A stretch of 64,000 nt of DNA. Origin: Paraphysomonas bandaiensis (Eukaryota; Protista; Chrysophyceae). The stretch is taken from the NCBI GenBank assembly GCA_965644295.1, contig CBFFRP010000437.1, forward strand, positions 23,107-87,106, written 5' to 3'. The notes beneath the pieces were generated by a model. It was not told where the DNA came from and ran no database searches. It saw only the letters and a list, made by a program, of their open reading frames with translations. Positions 51,736 to 61,998 of this stretch are shown one piece after another; the stretch's first letter is position 1, and each line of letters begins with the position of its first letter. Position numbers and translations under genes: made by a program.

Positions 51736-52483
51736 AGATAGAGGGTGATATCGCTCCTTACCTAGAGTAGCACTGAAATATAAAGAATTTGTAGATGTAG
51801 ATTAATATTATTATTGCTGTTGTTATTCGTGCACCAATTCTGTGGTATAAATTAGGTTCACTCTATCAGACTACTACTAGTAAAGAGCCAACAGAGTAAT
51901 AATCAGACTTTCCTATATCTACAGCTTTGAATTGAGAGGGAGTGTTGAGTTCTTCTATATGAGAAAAATTGAAAGCTGTAGTTATAAGGTATTTAAATTA
52001 CAGTAGTATGCAATTGTAGTCTTGTTAATCGTACTGTGAGAATGAATGACGATAGGTATATTGTGGTAAAACGAAATATAGTGTCGATGCAAGTTGTAGT
52101 GACGAAGTAAGATCGTACGAGAAGTGAGTGGTAGTAGAGACAACATGAAATTAATGAATGATAAGAGATATTGATTATAATTTATAATTCTCAGCATTGA
52201 GTATAAGTTTACCTTCTGTTGTTAAGCTAATACTTCTCATATAATATAATGTCAAACTTTGGTAAAGAATGGTCAATTTCCAACACTAATTGCTAATAGC
52301 AAGACATTCACTAGTACACCAAAACTAGTGTGCCTTGTAATTTAACCAACTTGACTAGGTTGAATAATATTTCCCATAATTTAAAGATATTATTATAATT
52401 TAAGACAATTATTAATAAAACTGGAGATAGGGTACCAGGTGTTGGGGCACAAAAAGGAGTTCTAAATTCTACACTATTGAACA

Positions 52484-55400
52484 CTACTTTCTTACAGCTG
52501 TGTAACCCTGGACATGACTGCACGACTGCTCCTCACTATTAGTAGAATTACTCCCATGTGCCGTTAGCAATTCCCGCAAATCGTCGGCGGATAAGCTCTT
52601 CTGGATAAGCTCTGCATTACTCGGATCTTGAGCGCACAGTAGCCTACAAAGACAGAATATGGCCGACGACTTGATTCCATCACGCAAACTATCAGAGATC
52701 CCATTTAAGCCAATACTGAAATGCGTCCAGTTACGGGATAAATACGCGCATATAACGAACATCACTTACACTGCGATCAGTATCCTCTGAAATAACGCCA
52801 TAGTGTCAGCAGACGCCTGAACCAAAATATGCACGGGAGCAATTTTAAACAAGCGAGCTATGCAATGCATAATGTCCATGTGAAGTTTGTCTATGTTCTC
52901 TAAACACGCGTCCCCAATATCACGCGATTCTGATTCAAATGCATCGGTAGGACCCGAGCATAATGAACATCGGTTCGCGCTATTCTCAATTTGAGTTGCT
53001 GACATACCACACTCAAGTGCAGACACCAGCATTGCTACTAAACCGGAATCAACCATCTCCTGCCAAGTATCTTCTGTAGCCATGTATGCGCAGCTCAGAA
53101 TTATCTGCAACATAAATTAACACAAAACAATATAAATTATCTTTCCAAAGAACCTGCATCACAGTGACAACAGTCCTCACAAGTACGACATTTCGAAAAT
53201 TCACGCCAGCATTGCTTTGAACGCCGTTCTTGCAGATCTGTACGCAATCACGCAGAGCCTCATATCCATCAGCTGCTGACAAAAGTATCAGTACAGTCTT
53301 AGCAGCATGGGAAAACGAGATATTGTGCAATATAGTAGCACAGTTGAGCCACAGCTGCTCATATAGTTCTGCCTTTCTCTGTCCTACAGCACTGTCATCT
53401 GTGCGAGGGGGGCTAGAAGACAACAGGGAGAGAAGAATGGGTACTCCGCCACTTCGAATAACTGCCCCCGAATAGTATTTCTCACATGACGTCAGTCTCG
53501 CCAAAAACGCTGCAGACCTAAGAGACTGTGTTTGCCACCCCATGCAGCGCAGAAGCAGCCGCTGTACTATCGCTTCCCTGTGGTGGTAGTGCATACTACA
53601 CATATAATCCTCTGCGATTTGCTGCTGATTCTGAGCATGCGGCGCTTTGCTCAATTCTACTAACCCGGAATATCCTTGCTCACCCACGTCAAAATTTGAT
53701 ACCATGGACTGCTCAAATCTGTTACTTTGGTCTACTGACAATCTCTCATCAAAGGATTGCACATGGCACGCAGAACTGAAGAGATATCCTAAACTCTCGA
53801 CTAGGATATTGTACATGCGAAACATAGCTAAGTCAGACACCCTCTCTGGGGTGTCATCAGAGCGCTGCTCTTGACTGGTACTCATTCGGAGGAAATCGAC
53901 GGGCACTGGCTCTCCTTTACTCACCAGCCTATTGTTTACGATATTGAGCTCACCTTTCCCATTCTCTGACAACAATAGAAGGGAACTGTCCGCGAGGCAT
54001 TCCTCATAATGGCCCAATGAACAGAGTGCTTCCAGTCTATCCACGAAATAGCTCAACTTACTTCGGTCCAGTTCAAAGGCTCTCGAAAACTCCAGAACTG
54101 CCGCGTGTAGAAGCCCATGTGAAACAAAGTCATCCCCCCTCTGCTTGGCAGCTGCGGCATCCAGAGATACTGGGGTGCCTGTGACACTCCCACTGCTCGC
54201 AGACATATTAGACTCCTGGATATCCCCGGTGCCCCTCTGCTGCGCAATCTGTTGACTCACACGCACAAGTAATCTCTCAGCGTCCTGTTTACCGCCAGCC
54301 AGACTTTGCCTGAGCCAGTGCTCCGAGAGGCGCAAGTCATAACACTCGAACGCTGGAGTGGCATGAATCATACCAACCACCATCTGTGCATCTGCGTCTC
54401 CCGACTCCGCAGCCAGGGTTAACAATCGTTTACCCGCATCTCTGTCACGTGTCACACCATCTTCTCCTAATAAAAAGAGTCTACCGAGGTTCACCTGTGA
54501 TAGGGGGAACCCTCGGGCTGCTGCTACGCTGTAAAGAGTCACAGCCTGCTTCATGTCCGGCTCAAATCCACCTCTGATTTACGCCAGTCAAGTGGACACA
54601 ATAAATATACAACAAATACAGCCACCCACCTGCCATCCTCATATATTTTAGCAAGATTATGCATTGAATCCGGCATTAGTTCCGCTGCCTGGCTGTACCA
54701 GCGCACGGCTTCCATGATATTAACCTCGCAGACACCGTCAGGTAACCCTTCGTCATAGAAATACCCCACCCTGTAAAATCGTACAGTTAGCGGGGCATAT
54801 GCAAATATTTATAAGATACTTGTGCTGAGCTATGGGATTCTGTAAATGTGCGGCACGTTTGAACCATTCAAAGGCAGCTTTGTAATCTGGCCCCATATCG
54901 CCTGTGCTAATATGCCCGGAACTTGACACTCGAAGACCACCCCTCAGGAAACGTGCACCCAACTGCATGGCGGCAATGGGGCTCGGCGCATCACAATGTG
55001 CTGCACGTGTATAAAATAGAACTGCAGCTTTATCGTAGACTGAATTGTCAACATGGGTAGTTCTGCCAAGTAGGTCAGCGGTAGTGCTGGACAGAAGATG
55101 CTCACTTTCTGCCAACAATGCCAGAGCCACACATCCCGCCGCAGAATTTTTGTGGTTGTTACGGTTGGATGCAAGTCGTTCGAGAGCGTTTACATCTCTG
55201 TTAATGAAGTCCGGTGAAATTAGTAGTTCCAACAGATCGGTAGCATGTGAACGGGTGGGCTCAGGTGCCTTCGTAAGGATATCCATTTGAGACAACATTG
55301 TGCTCAGACTCTCCACATATTGGTGGTGCTCCGATATAGAGTCTTTGATGGTGATAAGGCAAGTGGCTACAGACACTGTATGTGAACTCGGTGCTATGCT

Positions 55401-55815
55401 GTCAGCTGTCAATGAGGGCGAGTTCGGTGAAGTTTCAAAATAATCTTCTCGTTCATTCTGATGTTGTTGCCATAGTCGGTACATATGATTCAACAGAGCT
55501 GCATCCTCATCATTCAGAGGGGGTATGGTACCATGATTGCGCCTATATGTCAATGCCATTAATATACGTTTATATACATGTATGAAGAAATACATATGGC
55601 ACAAGTGTACATACACACCATTCCGAAGAAGAACTCAAATACTGAAACAAATCCAAACACTTCTGTCCTCCTTTCTCAACAAATCGACGTAGCTCCGGGG
55701 CTCCAGTATCGCTGTAACTCGAGTAGATGTCATGAGTTTCCAAGACACCTTTATTGCCCTTATACACTTTATATTTGCCTTTAATTGCTATCTTTTTCTT
55801 TCTACGCGGTGGCAT
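52484..55815 (-). CDS. Multi-exon Sel1-like repeat / TPR / ARM-like solenoid protein
   Basis: SLR motifs (AAMQLGARFLRG, DYKAAFEWFKRAA, EAVRWYSQAAE, SQVNLGRLFLLG, AQMVVGMIH). TPR AKQRGDDFV..AVLEFSRA. ARM-like VIRSGGVPILLSLL. N-terminal basic PPRRKKK. Confidence 0.85.
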
Positions 55816-56477
55816 TTGGTCACATACAATGCACCATAGAGAGGCTAGGAATATATACTCATATCTGAGAAAGACATGTTTGGACCCGGAGGGGATTAAT
55901 TTATTAATAAGGAGTAATTATTTTGTGCGCTGCAGTTCTGAATTCATTTTATTCTTGGACAAAGGGTCTCACTACTGCTGTGTACATAAGGATACACCGT
56001 GGTACAGGGATATGACATCCCGTAGTAGAAGACCTGTACTTCCGAATAATACCTACCATGTATGGTGTACGTACTCTCTGTATGCTAACATACCACATAT
56101 GTGGCGTTCTAGATTTGAGTTGGAATTCCTAAAAATCGAGTTTTTAAAAATGGTCCAAAGTGTGTAATTTTCGTGTAATTGTATATGGGGAGCAAAATAC
56201 AGAACGGTATACTGTACTCTGTAGTCATATCATGTAAGGGTATAGAGAGCGATGTTGATGGCATATATATACTATATGGGGGTTACCATAGCAATAGAAT
56301 TCATCATTAACGCTGTATAAAAATATATTTTGGGTAAACTGTACAGTATATAAATCACGTGTATCAGTACCATACAGCAGAAGTTATCTCGGTGTAAGAT
56401 CGGTACTTCTTATATGCCACATACCGCAGAGTGACTGCTGAGTAAGTGTTCTGGATTGAGAGTACATGGAGTGGCTC

Positions 56478-58700
56478 TTAGGGTGTAATGCGCAGGTAAC
56501 CAACACTGGCCAACGGTGGTGCCCCATTCAGAGCTAGACTTCCATCGACTCGCCAGGTATTGTGGATAAACAAGATTACACGTAACCTCATGATTAGAAA
56601 CTTCTGACAAAAACTCCTGCGACTACGCTGGAAATCATCCTTCATTATGACCAAATCGTACTTCGGTTCAATATACCTGTAGGGGCAAATTCTATTAGTG
56701 CTGTCACCAAAAAACCAAAGATTCCACATTGTCTGAACATTATAACTTGGAAATTTGAATCCTAAGGGAACACGATGAAAACGCCCGTCTACATCAGGCC
56801 ATGTATGAACATCACCACAGGAGCTAGGAACATCTGCAGTTGTGAGACGGTTTCTCGTATTAGTCCCAGTATCTAATCTTTCTAGAATTGCTCCGTGATG
56901 ACTTAGCTGACTATTCGTTACACTAAGTTGCTCAGATAGCTTAGCATAGGGACTATCATTTGCCCCCATCACTTCAATTATCATTGCACGAATGTCAGCC
57001 GCTGTCATGGGAACTACCCCATCGATTCTGAATTTCTCAAGTATCATATTAACAACTACTTTTGGTACATCATCAATCGCTGTCTTAAGCAAGGCGCTAA
57101 ATTCGGCAATCCTATTATCATAATTAGAACAAGTATTGTCGTAATGCTTACGAAATTCTCGCAACTCTCGGGTTATTAGAATTATGCCTGGAACACCTTC
57201 CGCACTCATATGTGTCTTCTGACAATAATTATGAACCAAAATAACTTTTGAAGCTAGGCTTTTGATTAAAGTCTGGTCCGTAAAGATTCGTTGAGCAAAT
57301 ATTGGATGATCTGCAGGGTATAAATCTTGCAAATTTCCCTCACTCCAATGATAAACTAAAGATGCTAACAGCTTGGGAAGAATCCTATTCTTCCACGATT
57401 CTGAGTAATAAGCGAAACCATCAATAATATTCTCCCACCCAAACTCAACTAAATATTGTAACGTCTCGTTATCAAAGTGAGGAGGCAAGATGTCAAATTC
57501 ATCAGGAGTCATTTTCAACTGAGCTGTAGTTCTACCAACCAAAGCATCCCCACACTCCTCTTGAAACATGTAGCAATCTTGCGTCTTACCGACACCCTGT
57601 CCTGCTCTGAGGCATACCTGTGTACGGCTGGGTCCATCAATTTTTGATACTGATGTTGACTCCGCGAACTTGCGATTGCTATGGGTACCTATATCTTCTC
57701 TGCGGCATCCCAGGTCAACTGTTGGATCGATTTCGCGAACAGCTTGCATCAAAATATTGTAATATCTTTTGTTTTGGTCTTTGCCATCAAACAATCGAAT
57801 ATTGTTTGAGTCATCCCGGCGCTTGCACCAACTATATACAGCTAAATGAAGTGCTATACAGATCGCAGGGTTAAATGGGTTCGCGTAGAGACGCTTTACA
57901 TCGCTCGTGCTCTCACCGGCTTGATCAGCTTTAGTTGTACAAAATGCAGTTTGCAGAGCATCATTAGGCCAATCCATTTGAGCCATGTTGATGTCATCAA
58001 TATTATCCGACCGTCCGATTGTACCCACAGATAACTTAGTGAATAGGCCAGCAAACAGTCCCTCATTCCAAGTTACCTTGTTGCCATCAGGTCTCATCAT
58101 GCAGAAATGTTTGCATAATGCTACATAACCATCCAGATTAAAAGCACTCTTCCCTTCTTTAGGATTCATAATACCTCTTCTTTTCTTGGCACCTATATCA
58201 CGTTTGTATGCAGCAATACCAGTTTTGCATGCTAGGTCAACCTTCTGTGGCCAAGGGTGCCCAATTTTGTCCATGGCCGGACAGTCATACTCATGCCACC
58301 ACCGCAATGCAGATTTGTAATTCTGGTAAGTTTGGGCTGATACTGTCACAAGTTTTTTTCCTGGGTTTAACAGATCTTCTTCTATTTCTTGACAGTCATC
58401 TATCTCAGTTCTTACTTTCCGCTTTCTGGGAAGTGTCGGATCGACTGATATTGCAGCAAAGAGAACTTCTGCTGTATGTTCTGCTATAGGTAATTTAAGT
58501 TTACAAAGTTTGCGTGCTTGTCCTGTATGCATTAGTGCCAAACCATCATCATCTGTTTCAATTGCGTCCAGTCGTATATATGAGTCGTTTAGTATTCGAG
58601 TCAGTGTGGACATTCTAGATAAATATCCTTTTTTGGACTCTTCCAATACATTCCTCTCCTTTTGTCCTTGAATCACTAGGTCTAATGCTGCAGGATCCAT
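56478..58700 (-). CDS. Crypton-type tyrosine recombinase, 740 aa (copy 1)
   Basis: TIGRSDNI (R), TTKADQ (K), YANPFNPAIC, GTHSNRK (HxxR), LRAGQ, TQDCY (Y), ILPPHF. C-terminal GRFHRVPLGFKFPS..MWNLWFFGD block resembles stramenopile CryptonS-like proteins as I recall them. NLS-like PRKRKVR. Confidence 0.9.
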   Translation of the reverse strand: MDPAALDLVIQGQKERNVLEESKKGYLSRMSTLTRILNDSYIRLDAIETDDDGLALMHTGQARKLCKLKLPIAEHTAEVLFAAISVDPTLPRKRKVRTEIDDCQEIEEDLLNPGKKLVTVSAQTYQNYKSALRWWHEYDCPAMDKIGHPWPQKVDLACKTGIAAYKRDIGAKKRRGIMNPKEGKSAFNLDGYVALCKHFCMMRPDGNKVTWNEGLFAGLFTKLSVGTIGRSDNIDDINMAQMDWPNDALQTAFCTTKADQAGESTSDVKRLYANPFNPAICIALHLAVYSWCKRRDDSNNIRLFDGKDQNKRYYNILMQAVREIDPTVDLGCRREDIGTHSNRKFAESTSVSKIDGPSRTQVCLRAGQGVGKTQDCYMFQEECGDALVGRTTAQLKMTPDEFDILPPHFDNETLQYLVEFGWENIIDGFAYYSESWKNRILPKLLASLVYHWSEGNLQDLYPADHPIFAQRIFTDQTLIKSLASKVILVHNYCQKTHMSAEGVPGIILITRELREFRKHYDNTCSNYDNRIAEFSALLKTAIDDVPKVVVNMILEKFRIDGVVPMTAADIRAMIIEVMGANDSPYAKLSEQLSVTNSQLSHHGAILERLDTGTNTRNRLTTADVPSSCGDVHTWPDVDGRFHRVPLGFKFPSYNVQTMWNLWFFGDSTNRICPYRYIEPKYDLVIMKDDFQRSRRSFCQKFLIMRLRVILFIHNTWRVDGSLALNGAPPLASVGYLRITP

Positions 58701-58911
58701 TTTGTCTATAGGTAATACTCTCAGTTCGTTCTATATAGCAGATTATTCTACGAAATATTAGCCTCTTAAGATATCATAATGCATATATCCTTTTGGTTCA
58801 ACGAACAAATCAACTGTTCATCACTGTAACATAAAATCAAGGCTTTTTTAAGCAAAAAAACAATTTTGTGAATTGGGTGCCTTCAAAAATAGGTTAAAAA
58901 TCTGTTTACTC

Positions 58912-59013
58912 CTGTGTAATTAGAATTACACAGATCTGTTTGTTTCGAAAAATCTCAAAATCGCTGTTGTTTGTGTGGGTGATGTTTTCCTCCTGTGTAA
59001 TTAGAATTACACA
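58912..59013. promoter_or_regulatory. Two palindromic TGTGTAATT-AG-AATTACACA boxes upstream of the recombinase ORF (putative binding or operator sites)
   Basis: CTCCTGTGTAATTAGAATTACACA at ~58909 and ~58990; repeated in unit 2 at ~61823 and ~61904. Confidence 0.6.
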
Positions 59014-59036
59014 ATCCAATAAAAACTGGGGTTTCC

Positions 59037-59084
59037 AATTACACACTTCGGTGGGTTTTTAAAAATGGTCCAAAGTGTGTAATT
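59037..59084. other. Dyad-symmetric unit junction (putative att or circle-junction site)
   Basis: AATTACACACTT-CGGTGGG-TTTTTAAAAA-TGGTCCA-AAGTGTGTAATT, centred between 59060 and 59061. Confidence 0.75.
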
Positions 59085-61969
59085 TTCGTGTAATTGTATA
59101 TGGGGAGCAAAATACAGAACGGTATACTGTACTCTGTAGTCATATCATGTAAGGGTATAGAGAGCGATGTTGATGGCATATATATACTATATGGGGGTTA
59201 CCATAGCAATAGAATTCATCATTAACGCTGTATAAAAATATATTTTGGGTAAACTGTACAGTATATAAATCACGTGTATCAGTACCATACAGCAGAAGTT
59301 ATCTCGGTGTAAGATCGGTACTTCTTATATGCCACATACCGCAGAGTGACTGCTGAGTAAGTGTTCTGGATTGAGAGTACATGGAGTGGCTCTTAGGGTG
59401 TAATGCGCAGGTAACCAACACTGGCCAACGGTGGTGCCCCATTCAGAGCTAGACTTCCATCGACTCGCCAGGTATTGTGGATAAACAAGATTACACGTAA
59501 CCTCATGATTAGAAACTTCTGACAAAAACTCCTGCGACTACGCTGGAAATCATCCTTCATTATGACCAAATCGTACTTCGGTTCAATATACCTGTAGGGG
59601 CAAATTCTATTAGTGCTGTCACCAAAAAACCAAAGATTCCACATTGTCTGAACATTATAACTTGGAAATTTGAATCCTAAGGGAACACGATGAAAACGCC
59701 CGTCTACATCAGGCCATGTATGAACATCACCACAGGAGCTAGGAACATCTGCAGTTGTGAGACGGTTTCTCGTATTAGTCCCAGTATCTAATCTTTCTAG
59801 AATTGCTCCGTGATGACTTAGCTGACTATTCGTTACACTAAGTTGCTCAGATAGCTTAGCATAGGGACTATCATTTGCCCCCATCACTTCAATTATCATT
59901 GCACGAATGTCAGCCGCTGTCATGGGAACTACCCCATCGATTCTGAATTTCTCAAGTATCATATTAACAACTACTTTTGGTACATCATCAATCGCTGTCT
60001 TAAGCAAGGCGCTAAATTCGGCAATCCTATTATCATAATTAGAACAAGTATTGTCGTAATGCTTACGAAATTCTCGCAACTCTCGGGTTATTAGAATTAT
60101 GCCTGGAACACCTTCCGCACTCATATGTGTCTTCTGACAATAATTATGAACCAAAATAACTTTTGAAGCTAGGCTTTTGATTAAAGTCTGGTCCGTAAAG
60201 ATTCGTTGAGCAAATATTGGATGATCTGCAGGGTATAAATCTTGCAAATTTCCCTCACTCCAATGATAAACTAAAGATGCTAACAGCTTGGGAAGAATCC
60301 TATTCTTCCACGATTCTGAGTAATAAGCGAAACCATCAATAATATTCTCCCACCCAAACTCAACTAAATATTGTAACGTCTCGTTATCAAAGTGAGGAGG
60401 CAAGATGTCAAATTCATCAGGAGTCATTTTCAACTGAGCTGTAGTTCTACCAACCAAAGCATCCCCACACTCCTCTTGAAACATGTAGCAATCTTGCGTC
60501 TTACCGACACCCTGTCCTGCTCTGAGGCATACCTGTGTACGGCTGGGTCCATCAATTTTTGATACTGATGTTGACTCCGCGAACTTGCGATTGCTATGGG
60601 TACCTATATCTTCTCTGCGGCATCCCAGGTCAACTGTTGGATCGATTTCGCGAACAGCTTGCATCAAAATATTGTAATATCTTTTGTTTTGGTCTTTGCC
60701 ATCAAACAATCGAATATTGTTTGAGTCATCCCGGCGCTTGCACCAACTATATACAGCTAAATGAAGTGCTATACAGATCGCAGGGTTAAATGGGTTCGCG
60801 TAGAGACGCTTTACATCGCTCGTGCTCTCACCGGCTTGATCAGCTTTAGTTGTACAAAATGCAGTTTGCAGAGCATCATTAGGCCAATCCATTTGAGCCA
60901 TGTTGATGTCATCAATATTATCCGACCGTCCGATTGTACCCACAGATAACTTAGTGAATAGGCCAGCAAACAGTCCCTCATTCCAAGTTACCTTGTTGCC
61001 ATCAGGTCTCATCATGCAGAAATGTTTGCATAATGCTACATAACCATCCAGATTAAAAGCACTCTTCCCTTCTTTAGGATTCATAATACCTCTTCTTTTC
61101 TTGGCACCTATATCACGTTTGTATGCAGCAATACCAGTTTTGCATGCTAGGTCAACCTTCTGTGGCCAAGGGTGCCCAATTTTGTCCATGGCCGGACAGT
61201 CATACTCATGCCACCACCGCAATGCAGATTTGTAATTCTGGTAAGTTTGGGCTGATACTGTCACAAGTTTTTTTCCTGGGTTTAACAGATCTTCTTCTAT
61301 TTCTTGACAGTCATCTATCTCAGTTCTTACTTTCCGCTTTCTGGGAAGTGTCGGATCGACTGATATTGCAGCAAAGAGAACTTCTGCTGTATGTTCTGCT
61401 ATAGGTAATTTAAGTTTACAAAGTTTGCGTGCTTGTCCTGTATGCATTAGTGCCAAACCATCATCATCTGTTTCAATTGCGTCCAGTCGTATATATGAGT
61501 CGTTTAGTATTCGAGTCAGTGTGGACATTCTAGATAAATATCCTTTTTTGGACTCTTCCAATACATTCCTCTCCTTTTGTCCTTGAATCACTAGGTCTAA
61601 TGCTGCAGGATCCATTTTGTCTATAGGTAATACTCTCAGTTCGTTCTATAGCAGATTATTCTACGAAATATTAGCCTCTTAAGATATCATAATGCATATA
61701 TCCTTTTGGTTCAACGAACAAATCAACTGTTCATCACTGTAACATAAAATCAAGGCTTTTTTAAGCAAAAAAAACAATTTTGTGAATTGGGTGCCTTCAA
61801 AAATAGGTTAAAAATCTGTTTACTCCTGTGTAATTAGAATTACACAGATCTGTTTGTTTCGAAAAATCTCAAAATCGCTGTTGTTTGTGTGGGTGATGTT
61901 TTCCTCCTGTGTAATTAGAATTACACAATCCAATAAAAACTGGGGTTTCCAATTACACACTTCGGTGGG
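59056..61969 (-). mobile_element. Crypton-type element, tandem unit 2 (2914 bp)
   Basis: Near-identical to unit 1. The differences I could see are one fewer TA at ~61650 and A8 instead of A7 at ~61770. Confidence 0.88.
59393..61615 (-). CDS. Crypton-type tyrosine recombinase, 740 aa (copy 2)
   Basis: Translation identical to copy 1 in the ORF track. Confidence 0.9.
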   Translation of the reverse strand: MDPAALDLVIQGQKERNVLEESKKGYLSRMSTLTRILNDSYIRLDAIETDDDGLALMHTGQARKLCKLKLPIAEHTAEVLFAAISVDPTLPRKRKVRTEIDDCQEIEEDLLNPGKKLVTVSAQTYQNYKSALRWWHEYDCPAMDKIGHPWPQKVDLACKTGIAAYKRDIGAKKRRGIMNPKEGKSAFNLDGYVALCKHFCMMRPDGNKVTWNEGLFAGLFTKLSVGTIGRSDNIDDINMAQMDWPNDALQTAFCTTKADQAGESTSDVKRLYANPFNPAICIALHLAVYSWCKRRDDSNNIRLFDGKDQNKRYYNILMQAVREIDPTVDLGCRREDIGTHSNRKFAESTSVSKIDGPSRTQVCLRAGQGVGKTQDCYMFQEECGDALVGRTTAQLKMTPDEFDILPPHFDNETLQYLVEFGWENIIDGFAYYSESWKNRILPKLLASLVYHWSEGNLQDLYPADHPIFAQRIFTDQTLIKSLASKVILVHNYCQKTHMSAEGVPGIILITRELREFRKHYDNTCSNYDNRIAEFSALLKTAIDDVPKVVVNMILEKFRIDGVVPMTAADIRAMIIEVMGANDSPYAKLSEQLSVTNSQLSHHGAILERLDTGTNTRNRLTTADVPSSCGDVHTWPDVDGRFHRVPLGFKFPSYNVQTMWNLWFFGDSTNRICPYRYIEPKYDLVIMKDDFQRSRRSFCQKFLIMRLRVILFIHNTWRVDGSLALNGAPPLASVGYLRITP

Positions 61970-61998
61970 TTTTTAAAAATGGTCCAAAGTGTGTAATT
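61951..61998. other. Second dyad-symmetric unit junction
   Basis: Same 48-bp sequence as 59037-59084. Confidence 0.75.

Larger units (their letters stand above)
56141..59055 (-). mobile_element. Crypton-type tyrosine-recombinase transposon, tandem unit 1 (2915 bp)
   Basis: Identity with the following units begins at G56140/TTTTTAAAAA. Single YR ORF, no RT, no long TIR or LTR. Confidence 0.88.

Noticed and set aside
57620-58489. Small plus-strand ORFs repeated in each unit
   Set aside because: Antisense shadows of the recombinase ORF with no recognisable motifs.
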